NCBI GenBank assembly: GCA_964016885.1
Contig: OZ024743.1
Coordinates: forward strand, 156,116,001-156,180,000
DNA: 64,000 bases
Source of the DNA: Eledone cirrhosa
Taxonomy: Eukaryota
Direction of reading: 5' to 3'
Part shown: piece after piece, positions 41,372 to 56,521 of the stretch
Numbering within the stretch: the first letter of the stretch is position 1
How the letters are laid out: each line of letters opens with the position of its first letter
The notes under the pieces: generated by a model
Told to the model about the DNA's origin: nothing
What the model saw: only the letters and a program-made list of their open reading frames with translations
Database searches by the model: none
Made by a program: the position numbers and the translations under genes

Positions 41372-43459
41372 TTCCTTTGTCAGTGTTGAACAAACGAGCA
41401 ACGATGGTTGCTAGACACTACGGTTTAATACGGGATGTTTGTTTACAAACACACAGAGCATTATAATAAATGTTCGGTGAATCCATACGTACATATATAT
41501 ATGTGTGCATGGATGTATATATATATATATACGACTGTGCGTCTGTATACATATATGTATGTACGTGTACATACTTATATTTAAGTAACAGCCGTACTAA
41601 GAGTGGGAAATGAAATTTCGTTTCATTTTTTCCGTTTATCGTTTACGGTGCACCCGACCGATTAACCCACTCGATATGCAAAATAGGCTACTCAGCCGTT
41701 AATATGCATAAGGTAAGTATACACGTTCAACAATCTGGCAGGAGGGTATACGTTGCTGACGATAGCGAATAAGATTGAAACTAGTACAGCGTTCCTTTGT
41801 CAGTGTTGAACAAACGAGCAACGATGGTTGCTAGACACTACGGCTTAATACGGGATGTTTGTTTACAAACACACCGAGCATTATGATAAATGTTCGGTGA
41901 ATCCATACATACATATATATAAATATGTGCATGTATGTATATATATATATACATACTACTGTCCGTCTGTATACATATATGTATGTACGTGTACATACTT
42001 ATATTTAAGTAAAAGCCGTACTAAGAGTGGGAAATGAAATTTCGTTTCATGTTTTCCGTTTATCGCTTGCGGTGTACCCGACCGATTAACCCACTCGATA
42101 TGCAAATTAGGCTACTCAGCCGTTAATATGAATAAGGTAAGTATATACGTTCAACAATCTGGCAGGAAGGTATACGTTGCTGACGATAGCTAATAAGCTT
42201 GACACTAGTACAGCGTTCCTTTGTCAGTGTTGAACAATCGAGCAACGATGGTTGCGAGACACTACGGCTTAATACGGGATGTTTGTTTACAAACACACAG
42301 AGCATTATGATAAATGTTCGGTGAATCCATACATACATATATATATATATATATATCTGTGCATGTATGTATATATATATATACATACTACTCTCCGTCT
42401 GTATACATATATGTATGTACGTGTACATACTTATATTTAAGTAACAGCCGTACTAAGAGTGGGAAATGAAATTTCGTTTCATGTTTTCCGTTTATCGTTT
42501 GCGCTGCACCCGGCCGATTAACCCGCTCGGTATTCAAATTGGGCAACTCACCCGTTAATATGCATAAGGTAAGTGTATACATTCAACAATCTGGCAGGAA
42601 GGTATACGTTGCTGACGATAGCTAATAAGATTGAAACAAGTACAGCGTTCCTTTGTCAGTGTTGAACAAACGAGCAACGATGGTTGCTAGACACTACGGC
42701 TTAATACGGGATGTTTGTTTACAAACACACCGAGCATTATGATAAATGTTCGGTGAATCCATACATACATATATATATAAATATGTGCATGTATGTATAT
42801 ATATATATATACATACTACTGTCCGTCTGTATACATATATGTATGTACGTGTACATACTTATATTTAAGTAACAGCCGTACTAAGAGTGGGAAATGAAAT
42901 TTCGTTTCATGTTTTCCGTTTATCGTTTGCGGTGTACCCGGCCGATTAACCCACTCGATACGCAAATTAGGCTACTCAGCCGTTAATATGAATAAGGTAA
43001 GTATATACGTTCAACAATCTGGCAGGAAGGTATACGTTGCTGACGATAGCTAATAAGCTTGACACTAGTACAGCGTTCCTTTGTCAGTGTTGAACAAACG
43101 AGCAGCGATGGTTGCTAGACACTACGGCTTAATTCGGGATATTTGTTTACAAACACACCGATCATTATAATAAATGTTCGGTGAATCCAAACGTATATAT
43201 ATATATATATATATATATATGTGCATGTGTGTATATATATATAAATACTACTGTCCGTCTGTATACATATATGTATGTACGTGTACATACTTATATTTAA
43301 GTAACAGCCGTACTAAGAGTGGGAAATGAAATTTCGTTTCATGTTTTCCGTTTAACGTTTGCGGTGCATCCGGCCGATTAACTCACTCGATATGCAAATT
43401 GGGCTACTCAGCCGTTAATATGCATAAGGTAAGTATATACGTTCTGGCAGGAAGGTATA

Positions 43460-43500
43460 CGTTGCTGACGATAGCTAATAAGCTTGAAACTAGTACAGCG
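43460..43500 (+). ncRNA. Minimal type-I hammerhead, unit 6 (intact core)
   Basis: Identical to 41331-41371. Confidence 0.8.
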
Positions 43501-43770
43501 TTCCTTTGTCAGTGTTGAACAAACGAGCAACGATGGTTGCTAGACACTATGGCTTAATACGGGATGTTTGTTTACAAACACACCGAGCTTTATGATAAAT
43601 GTTCGGTGAATCCATACATACATATATATATATATCTGTGCATGTATGTATATATATATATATACATACTACAGTACGTCTGTATACATATATGTATGTA
43701 CGTGTACATACTTATATTTAATTAACAGCCGTACTAAAAGTGGGAAATGAAATTTCGTTTCATTTTTTCC

Positions 43771-43814
<44 letters not shown>

Positions 43815-43898
43815 AAAGTTATATTTAAATTGTCGGGTTACAACTAGTAAATATTTATAACTGATATAAAAGCACTCAACAAGTATTTGGAGTATATT

Positions 43899-44268
43899 TA
43901 CGATATTAAATAAATGGAAACTATATTTATAAAACCAATTTATTTCATTATATATATTTCAGGGATATCATATTAACAATATGTTATGCCTTCTTCAGAC
44001 AAAATACAATATACACAGTTTTATAGATAAATAGATTTGACATACCGTTCAACATCGACTTGTATTTGAAAAAGTTGATTTGGCAAATCAACTTTTTCAA
44101 ATACAAGTCGATGTTGAACGGTATGTCAAATCTATTTATCTATAAAACTGTCTATATTGTATTTTGTCTGAAGAAGGCATAACATATTGTTAATATGATA
44201 TCCCTGAAATATATATAATGAAATAAATATGGTTTTATAAATATAGTTTCCATTTACTTAATATCGTA
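43899..44268. repeat. Near-perfect 370-bp palindrome of a PLE-type terminus, centred on 44083
   Basis: ...GAAAAAGTTGATTTG-G-CAAATCAACTTTTTC...; HHR in each arm. Confidence 0.9.
44160..44225 (+). ncRNA. Type-I hammerhead (mirror copy on the minus strand at 43941-44006)
   Basis: tattttgt-CTGAAGA-aggcataacatatt(gtt)aatatgatatccct-GAAA-TATATA-TA-atgaaata. Confidence 0.75.
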
Positions 44269-44308
44269 TATATATATATATATATATTTATTTATTTTTT
44301 TATGTAAA

Positions 44309-44348
<40 letters not shown>

Positions 44349-46480
44349 AGGAGGAAGAGACATAGAGAGAGGGATAAGAGAGAAAAGTTGAACTTGGAAG
44401 TTGGAAATAGCACGGAAATCGATTTTAGGCTCTGTTTTTCTTTTCTTTTTTCCTTTCCTTGATTCCTGAAATTGACATTATTGAAAATATGAGAGGGACA
44501 ATTCTTTTCAAAACGTTTTAAAATGTATATAATGTATATAAATTATTACAGGTTTCATTGTATCATTAAAATTCCTCGTATCAAATGTTGAGTATTACAA
44601 TTTTAAAAAAATTAATAAGAATTAAAAACTTAAAATTAAAGATTTAAAATGAAGAGGTAAGTTTTTTTTCATATTCCTTGCTGAGAAGGAGATTGGAGAA
44701 TGAGCTCTGTTTGGGAGCAAAGGAAATATTTTGTAAATATGTGTGTGTATAACTCGATTGTGTTAATTGGCTGGCCATGAGTTCCGTTGGGCGTGGCACG
44801 TGGTGTCGAATTGTAAGCTGGAAACAAATTCTATGCCAACAGTAGGGTTGTAAAACAAATTCTATTATTGCAATACGATTTTAGTGAGTTTGTGTATGGT
44901 GTGAGTGTGTATATGTAACACACAATGTGTGGGGCAGTTGAGGTGTGTGTGTGTCTGTCATAGGTCCCCTTGTGGTGGGAAATAAAAACAAAAACAGATC
45001 AAAGTATCAGGAATTTTAGGAAAATATGTGATAAGCAGTTTTTTCTTTCTTATTTCGTGGTGTGTGTGTGGGGGGGGGGGGTCTTATTTTTTTAGTCATC
45101 AATATGTAAACGATTGCTTTGCAGAATAATTTGAAATATATTATCCAACAATTATTTGCATTACGATCTGACGCATGTCACCCAATAGAATATTTCTGAT
45201 GCATAGGAAAATGATAATAGACGATGATGCTATTTATATTTCCTGAATTGCGCACTGTAATGGTTTTCTGACATATTGATAAGATTTAGGTTTATCTACC
45301 AGGAATAGGGACTCTTTTTAGATTTTTATTATTGTGATATAGATGAGAAATTTCATCTAATTCCAAAGATGGTATGTTATGGTCCCATTAGTACTGAGGG
45401 CATTATAGACGTGACGTAGTGACATACGGCGTTTCTAGGAGATTGTTAAAAAGCTGGTGGAGGCCCTCTTCTCTCCAGTTCTGAATACAGATTTATTTCA
45501 CACAAAAATAGTTAGTGAGGAACACGACGCGAGAAATGGATATAGCCGTAGACGGCACCAGTTTAAGATTTATTCATTTTGCATCGACTTCTAATGGATG
45601 CAAGGCAATGTAGATCTGATCTCAGAACGCAAAGAGCTGAAACGAATAATACAAAGCTTTCTATAGGACGTTCTAACGACTCTGCCACTTCACCCTAGTT
45701 CCAAAGTTATATTTAAATGAATCTAATTCTATTGTGTTGGATAACACTTTGCAAAAGAACTCTATAATTATGTTTTACTTGTGTACAAAGGCCAACGTTT
45801 TCATTGGTTGAACGACAACATTGCTGATTCATACAATGTTGATCCCTGCGATGTGAAAGGTAAAATGTTAATAATAACAATTTGAAATACGGAAGGAGAA
45901 GATAATTAAATAGTATATCGTCTTTATTCTGTTACTCTTCACTATCAATCGATTCCACAATCACCTAAATTGAGATCAGTGGCCTCACCTATATAGATTA
46001 CAATTTACGTTCAATTTAACGAACAAAATTATATCAAATAATACGTGTTTCACAAAGAGAAAAATGATTAAAGGATTGATTTGTAAAATTATGAAAAGGC
46101 CACATATTACGTTGGCAGGTTCACATTTTATCGAATCAACAACAGGAATTGACTGGTAATTATTTACTCTCGCAACCCTAGCCAAATTGAAATGTAAAAA
46201 AGAATTACCCTAGCGGAATATGATTTGAGCTCAGATACGAAAGGGATATGAAGTTAGGACAAATTATTAAGACCAATTCATTTCATTTGAAATGAAGATT
46301 GAATATTGTAATTGTTCGTATGAATATGCATAGTATATGTATAGACAATTTGTTAGGCTTGATTACTTAGACAAATGTAGTTAGTAAAATATCTATTGTG
46401 AATATTACCAAACATTTCAGCTATTGAAATGTATCTCTCCTTCTCTCTCTCTCGAATTCTCCTTCTCTCTCTTTGTCACT

Positions 46481-46610
<130 letters not shown>

Positions 46611-46700
46611 AAAGGAATTGTGGTAAGGAACCAGATGGACCATAACGCACAAGAGTACTCAATACTTAGGGTAGTAGAATGGGAAATAGGGAAAAGTATG

Positions 46701-46797
46701 ACCCCGACGGCAGAGCTCAGGCCGTTTCGACCGCTATTTCTGGACTAAATTAGAATGTTTAGCCTGGTGAATAAATAGCCGAACTTGTCAAGGGGGT
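46701..46797 (-). ncRNA. Type-I hammerhead with U3-A8 core and a full stem III
   Basis: Minus strand: accccc-TTGACAA-gttcggctattt...aaatagcggtc-GAAA-cggc(ctgagctct)gccg-TC-ggggt. Confidence 0.7.
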
Positions 46798-47079
46798 ACT
46801 TCCTTATATGGGAAGATTGGAGTTGTCAAGTGGATTGGTTAAAATTGTTTGTAAACACAAATAAGTCTATCATGGTTTTGGTGGGAGGTATGGGTGGCTG
46901 AAATTGCCTGTAGAACAATAGGGGAGTGAGTGGAGCGGTCAAGCGTTGGGAGTGATATGTATGCAGCAGATTCTAAGGATAGTGTATGAAGTGGAGGAGG
47001 GAGGTTATAGAATAGGTAAATCGAATGAGAGTAGGAGACAATAAAAGATACTAGAAATAAATAAAAAAATATATAAAAT

Positions 47080-50000
47080 TAGAAAGTGAGAAATGAATAA
47101 GAAATTCACAATCAAAATCACGGCCAGATTCAAGAACAAATTTCACCCTCTTAAATAGTTACACACGACCAGAATTCCGCGTTCAAAATGCGGTCAAAGA
47201 ATGGAATGAATTGAATCTGGAAAAAGAAGCTTTCAAAAAAAGAACCAAATGAATAATATTTGGAACCAAACACTAAGCCAAAGAAAACAGGTATACTGGA
47301 AAGCCTTGAAGAGTGAAAACTTAGATATCGCGTAGTAAAGAACAAGTCATCCTCCCGAGAAAATTCCGAATTAAAGAAATAATATCAGAACTAAATGAAG
47401 ATACCAAAATAAGAGAACATCTAGCACTCCAGAAACTTTAGACAGAAGTCACTCTACTCTGTCTAAGAGTGCCAAAATTTAAAGAGAAATTCGAAAAATG
47501 TGACACCACCATTAGTGAAGACATAAACAAAAGAAGCATCGGTAATGTACGTGATAAACTCTTTGACTTTTGGACGAATGATACAACCAGAGAGGAATTG
47601 AAATCAAAGAAAATATTGGAATCAAGAACACAATGTCTACAAGAATATGAAAATAACTGTGGAAAAGTCCAAATAAAATCCAAAAAACAAGCCCATAAGA
47701 AACCCTAAAATTCGGGATTATACAAAATCACAAGAAATGAAGAATTATCACACATTAAACAAACATCAACCTGAAATCGGAGAATCCCAAACACACAATT
47801 ATACAAAAACCAAATACTGAACACCAGAACCAGATACAACTACTATCAAAACTCCAAGAACAATTACCAGTGGCAAAATTAAAGACATATGATGACCGAA
47901 CGGAACAACAGAAGAACTGGACCCCCATATAATATATCAACCTCCTAACAAAATACTACCGTTCAGAAAATTATCAACAGGAAATGCCAGCGAAAAGAAC
48001 ATTTCACCACAACAGAAAAACCGCTACCGCAAATGGGAATTATTATTTATTAGAACAAGATGCCTCCAACCAAATGAAAGAAAAAAAAATGAAAAAGACA
48101 CAACCCTTCAAATGGCACCTGACGAGAAAACTCCAAAGGAACCAAAAATAATCAATACATCAGCAAAATAACTAATACAACAGGAAATAAAATTGCTAGA
48201 AAATGGACTGAAATTCCACCCACTACAAAAGCAGATCAAGCCGAACTTATAAGAGACACAGAAGATTTTTGTCAAAAATTACGTCTAGGAGAATTAATCC
48301 AGAGTGTAGAATACGAGGAGGAATTACTAGTAAGAAACAAAAACAATTTCAGGCCTCCGTTAAATAGAGACAAACACCAGGAGGATTACATAACCTGCCT
48401 CCGACGGTCAGCACAGACAAATACTGCAGAGACGAAACACAAACACAACATCCCTCCAGAACAACTGCTAGCACTAAACAAACTACAAAATGACTCCTCA
48501 ATAATCATAAAAGAAACAGACAAAGGTGGAGCAATCATCATCATGGACAAAAACCACTACAAGGATATGATCATAGAACAGCTGAATAACGAGGACTTTT
48601 ACAGGAAAATCAGCAAAAGCGAAGAAAGAAAAGCGATGATTAAAGTAGGCAAACTGACGACCAAGTACCAAAACAACCTCACACTAAAGAAATCAATTAC
48701 TTAACCAACTTCGAAATGAAAACCCGCAATTTCTATAGTTTACCGAAGGTTCACAAATCGAGAGAAATCAAAAACAACATAAATGGCTAAAATACATCAT
48801 ATGTTGAAGTACCAAAACCGACAGATTTAAAATTACGTCCAATTGTTGCCGGTCCAGCCTCAACCACGCAACGTCTAAGCAACCTATTAGACATCATACT
48901 GAAACCCTTATATAAAAAAATGCCAAGCTTCATCAGAGATGATATGGAATTCCTTAACTATATCCCCAAGAATGTACACCAAGAAACATTCTTAGTCAGC
49001 TTTGACGTAACAGCTTATATACTAACATCCCACACGACTTAGGAGTTGAAACTGTTGACTTCTGGATTACAAAACATCCAGACTACATATCAGAGGGATT
49101 TCCCCAAAAAATATATTTTGGAAGGACTCAGATTAATACTGGAGAACAACCACTTTCTTTTTCATAACGAACTTTATTTACAAATAAAAGGAACGGCCAA
49201 GCGTACCAAAGTGGGCCCCAACATATGCGGCACTCGTTATGGGCCACCTGGAGGGAAAATTACATTCGAAACTGCAGGAAACATTCAGTCATGACTTCGA
49301 CACCTACATTAATCACAACTGGAAACGCTACCTAGAAGACTGCTTCATCTTCTGGAATAGAAGTCAAGAACACCTTCAAAGATTCCATTCCATCATAAAC
49401 AATCGTACGAAGAGATAAAATTTACCATGGAATGTAATAAAAAGGAACTACCGTTTCTGGATATCTTTGTCATTAAGGAGGGGGAAAATAACAAAACAGA
49501 CTTATTTTACAAACCAACAGACACACACCAATATTTGAATTTCCGTTCAGCACACCCATTACATTCCCATACCAAAAGGAACATTCCTTTTATCATGGCA
49601 AGACGCATCTGCACCATAGTGACACACCCCACACTACAGGAAAAAATTGTATACGAATTTAAAAAGTTCCATAAGAGACAAGAATATCCAGTGAACCTCA
49701 TCAAACACAGCCATCTCCAATGCCCAGAACATCCCAGTGACAACACTGAGAAAAACAAAGCAACAAAATAGAATGGAAGAAACAGTTATCCCTTTTGTCG
49801 TCATTCATAATCTAAGGAATTTCAACATTGTAAAAGCCGGCAAACAATATCTACCGAATCTCCAGCAGTCCCCTAAAATGAATGCACTCATAAACGACGC
49901 ACACATAATATATAGTAGACGCCAAGCACTCAACCTAAAGAAACTGCTTACCAAGGCAACATTTACGTCTAATAATGAAGCAATGCAAGTTAATAAATGC

Positions 50001-50560
50001 GGGTACCCTCGATGCGGAACTTGCGAACTCATTGAAGAGGGTGGACAAATCTTCTTTAAAAACAACCAGTCTTTCACAGTTAATGCAAACATGAATTGCA
50101 AAACGAAAAAAACTGTATTTAGTGTGCGGCCTGCCCACAATGTAAATAATTGGTGAAACCGGAACGGGTCTACATGACAGAGTTCGAGTACATAACCAAC
50201 AAATTAGATATCCCTCTGTCAGAAACATCACATAGAGTGAACACATCGCAAAATGCGGAAAGGGAAATTTCACAATTCACCCCTTCTTTCAGATATGGTC
50301 GGACAACGAACACTTCCGAAAATATAAAGAAGAACTCTTTAATAGAAAATACAAACCATTACTGAACACAAAAAAGTGATAATCCATCTTCAAGCAACAG
50401 GATTCTCAAACTCTCCTTTCATTAAAACAATCTCATATTGAAAAAGAAAAGTAGTTGATGACACCGTACTTTCAAGCATTCGATCGCTGAAGAGAAGAAA
50501 ATCCCTTAGAGCTACAATAACATTTCCTTAAGTTCCCCTTCTCCACACCAATGTATATAT
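47080..50560 (+). mobile_element. Decayed, roughly full-length Penelope-like element related to 33076-36372
   Basis: Fragments ETDKGG, LPKVHK, LRPIVAGP, QIKGTA, WKRYLEDCF, LPFLD, YKPTDTHQYL, CGYPRCGTC; many frameshifts and stops. Confidence 0.85.
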
Positions 50561-50661
50561 GAACTTAAACACTTGAGTGTATCTATAGATGTGTTTTCTT
50601 TTTACATATGTGACTGTAGATATACAGATATGTAGGTATACATGTTTATGTGTACGCGGGC

Positions 50662-50727
<66 letters not shown>

Positions 50728-50839
50728 CGAAGGCAATGTGGTAAGGAACCAGGTGGACCATAACGCACCAAAGTACTCAATACTTAGGGTAGTAGAGTGG
50801 GTAATAGGAACAAGTAAGACCCAAGGGGTCTTACTTGTT

Positions 50840-50916
<77 letters not shown>

Positions 50917-50932
50917 ATATATGCATACATAC

Positions 50933-50995
<63 letters not shown>

Positions 50996-51012
50996 TGTGT
51001 GAATGCGTGTGA

Positions 51013-51118
51013 CTGTGTGGTTATAGAATTGGACTAGCAATCGTAAGGTTTTGAGTTCGATTCCTGGACCAGGCGATGCGTTATGTCATGAGCTAGACAA
51101 TTTATTTCACGTTGCTCC
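51013..51118 (+). mobile_element. 5' part of a second tRNA-derived SINE family
   Basis: GTGTGGTT...GAGTTCGATTCC B-box followed by GCGTT.TGTC.TGAGC.AGACA.TTTATTTCACGTTGCTCC. Confidence 0.6.
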
Positions 51119-51325
51119 TTCTACCTGGAGTTCCGACCGATATATAGTATTATCAATTGGAAAGACCAACGGAAACAGTGTTTTCTCGGTCCGATTCGAC
51201 GAAAGTCGATCGTTCCTTAATATATATATGTGTGTGTGTGTATGTATGCACGTGCGTATGTGTGAGATTGATATTTGTATATATGTGTGTGTATGTATGT
51301 GTGTATATGTGTGTGTGGATATCTG

Positions 51326-51384
<59 letters not shown>

Positions 51385-51394
51385 ATATATAATA

Positions 51395-53248
51395 TTTATT
51401 AAAATAACAGATTCAAGTTTAAGCAAAGAATCGCTGCTTTCACCCTTAACGGGATCTTCTGAAACTAACAAAATCAATCTGTAAACGCAGTCTGGATATT
51501 TCAAAAAACGTTGCAACCCGAGGAAGACAGGAAGACGATACTTTGTTTCGTGGAAACGTTCGGTGGCAAGGAACGGTAAAAAACGAATAATACGTCATTA
51601 ATAAGAGCGGTGAAAAACAATTACGCGCAAATACAGAACCACGGGAAATACCTCTCTGGTAACATTGTCTACAAATGTATGGTTGTAACACCCACGCCCC
51701 GTAGGGCCTACATAGGGTTAACTGCCAATAGTTTCAAGGAGCGTCTTTACATGCATACCCATTCTTTTCGTTACCCTCTAAGAAGGAATATGACGTCACT
51801 TTCAGCTTATATCTGGAGTCTAAAAGACAACCACACCCAATATAAGTTACACTGGCAGATCCTAGCTAGGGTTAGATCGTATAACGGAAATAAAAGACCA
51901 TGTGACCTCTGCGCCGCTGAGGCCCTGGAAATACTCTACGCCACAGACCGCATCTTAAACAAAAATCTGAGGCAATTTCGGCTTGTAATCATACATTGCA
52001 CAACACTTTCCTGTATTACAGCCCCACGTTATACCCTAACGGATAGTACGATGTATACGTGGAAATTTTACGTCTTGATGTGGGAGCTAAGTATATGTTT
52101 TGTTTATTCCTTTACTTATTTGCATAGGTAAGTATATATTACCCCTATGTTTTGTGAAGGTACGTATACCTTCTCGTACGTATATTTGATTGTTACGGCG
52201 TATTATTTTATATATTCTGGGCGGTGGATTGGCAGTATCGGTAGAGAGTCGGATGCCATGCTTTCCAGCATAGTTACGTCCCTTTGCGGTCTGAGTTCAA
52301 ATCCCGCCGAGGTTAACTTTGCCTTTCATCCTTACGGGGTCGATAAAATAAAGTACCAGTAATGTACTGTGTAATTGATGGCCTTGTGCCAAAAGTAGAA
52401 ACAATTATTTTATATATTCTGGTACATAGGGTTTGGCTATGTGTATACGGGCGTTTTGCGTCTGTGTGAGTATGCAGGTTCGTACGTATGGTGGGTGTGT
52501 GTATATGTGTACTTCTTGTTTTAGTTGACTTATGTCTCCGAACATTCGTGTATTTATATGTAGGTATGTGTGTGCGCTTGTTATATACGTATTTATTTAT
52601 TTATATACGTTTATATAATTATTATTTATTTATTTGTATACACGCATACACACACACACATATTTATATGTGCGTGGTTTTGTATACCTATGGTAAGGGT
52701 TTGCGTATGCTTGTGTATGTACGTATTTGTTTGCGTGTATGTATTTATTTATTTCTATTACTTCTGTATTGTATTTATTTACTTTGTTTTTAACTCTGTG
52801 CGGAGATTCATTGGTCTCCTAGTTAGAATTTTAGTTTACGACTTCTGCTATACCATTTACGTGGTTTTGTCTTTGCGTGCTATTGTTCTCCACGCTCCAC
52901 ATATGACGTTTTATCTTCGTGTTTTCGTTCATTGCCAGATAACGTCTCTATGCACTACCTAAGAGAACATTATTCTACGACCTCTGTTATACCATAAACG
53001 TGGTTCAGTCTTTGCGCGTAATTGTTTTTCACCGCTCCTATTAATGACGTATTATTCGTTTTTTCCCGTTTTTTGCCAGCGAACGTTTCCACGAACCAAA
53101 GTATTGTCTTCCTGTCTTCCTCTGGTTGCAACGTTTTTTGAAATATCCAGTTCTGCGTTTACAGATTGACTTTGTTAGTTTCAGAAGGTCCCGTTAAGGG
53201 TGAAAGCAGCGGTTCTTTGCTTAAACTTTAATCTGTTATTTTAATAAA
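51395..53248 (+). mobile_element. Truncated Penelope-like element with inverted ends (51395-51643 / 52999-53248); GIY-YIG remnant ~51645-52030
   Basis: NIVYKC.V....AYIGLTANSFKERLY.H..SF...TSLSAYIWSLKD...W.IL....Y.....CDLC..E; a related terminus occurs at 880-955. Confidence 0.85.
52219..52408 (+). mobile_element. Full-length SINE nested in the PLE
   Basis: GGGCGGTGGATTGGCAGTATCGGT (A-box-like)...GAGTTCAAATCCC...; flanked by the direct repeat TATATATTCTGG (candidate target-site duplication). Confidence 0.85.
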
Positions 53249-53342
53249 CTCTACGGTTCTTATATATTTGATATATATTTATCCTTATCGAGTCCTCTTT
53301 GGATATAAGTCTTCAAATTTATTATTATTACTATAATATAAA

Positions 53343-53435
<93 letters not shown>

Positions 53436-53557
53436 TTATTCTACAGGACTAGAACAGTTACATTCTTGAGAAATCATCAGGAATCAATGTTATATTCTGC
53501 CATGTATTGAGTACCCTACTTACTGTGGTTACCTCCGATTCAACCCGGAATAACTTA

Positions 53558-53615
<58 letters not shown>

Positions 53616-53650
53616 AAAGAATAGAGGTGTAACACACAAGTTATTATATA

Positions 53651-54042
53651 TTGGTAAACGGAATAGAAAATGCTGACAAATCGTTCACAGTTGAAAAATG
53701 GTTTAATTAGGAATAAAAGAGTATTAGTGATTGTATGGGTTAGTATTCAGTTGTGGTTTTAAGTTTTTAAGCTTTTACCGGTTGCGCATTTCTAAATGCT
53801 TTTCAAAAATAATTTTGAGATAGAGTGTCCGTGCTGTTTGCTCTGATCAGAGCAAACAGCACGGACACTCTATCTCAAAATTATTTTTGAAAAGCATTTA
53901 GAAATGCGCAACCGGTAAAAGCTTAAAAACTTAAAACCACAACTGAATACTAACCCATACAATCACTAATACTCTTTTATTCCTAATTAAACCATTTTTC
54001 AACTGTGAACGATTTGTCAGCATTTTCTATTCCGTTTACCAA
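53651..54042. repeat. Perfect 392-bp palindrome, centre at 53846/53847
   Basis: ...GTTTGCTCTGA|TCAGAGCAAAC...; the arm is homologous to 5101-5285. Confidence 0.92.
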
Positions 54043-54196
54043 TATATATATATATATATACATAAATACATATATATATATATATACAGTATTTTCCGTT
54101 GTGTTGTAATATAAATATTACACACAGTAGATTATCAGCTCACGTAGAGTTTGCTCGACGGTTCCAGTTGTAGTTCCAAAAGTAATCCGGAGAAAA

Positions 54197-55990
<1,794 letters not shown>

Positions 55991-56229
55991 ATGTGTGTAT
56001 ATATATGTGTATGTGTATATATACACATATATAAAGACTTCTAACAACAAAATAATAGTAAATACACGTACCATTAGTAGATATAAACTTAAAACTTATT
56101 TACGTTACTTGAGTTTTATTCATCCTTTGGTAAATTTCTTCTTCTCTCTATCTATCTCGTAATATTAATTTTTTTTTCTCTCCCTTTCTTCCCTATCTTT
56201 CCACTCCCCAGTGAATATTTCGACCGATA

Positions 56230-56446
56230 AGGTAGTCTTTATTTATAAAATAAACTTTGTATTTTATCTTATGAAAGCGCACCAAGGTTTGCTTGGTTGC
56301 CCTTGAAATATATATAATAAAATAAATATGGTTTTATAAATATAGTTTCCATTTAATTAATATCATGGTATATATATATATATAAATATACATATACACA
56401 TATATACACACAAACACACGCACACACACACAGACACACACACACA

Positions 56447-56521
<75 letters not shown>

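Larger units (their letters stand above)
41321..43774 (+). repeat. Tandem array of ~5.8 units of 420-432 bp, one minimal hammerhead per unit (retrozyme-like)
   Basis: HHR starts at 41331, 41751, 42175, 42607, 43035 and 43460; no conserved ORF. Confidence 0.92.

Noticed and set aside
41321-43774. CRISPR-like or coding tandem repeat
   Set aside because: Whole units repeat without unique spacers, there is no conserved ORF, and the context is eukaryotic
50480-50525. CTGAAGAG motif at the end of the decayed PLE
   Set aside because: GAAA box and stems are degraded, so it cannot be called a ribozyme
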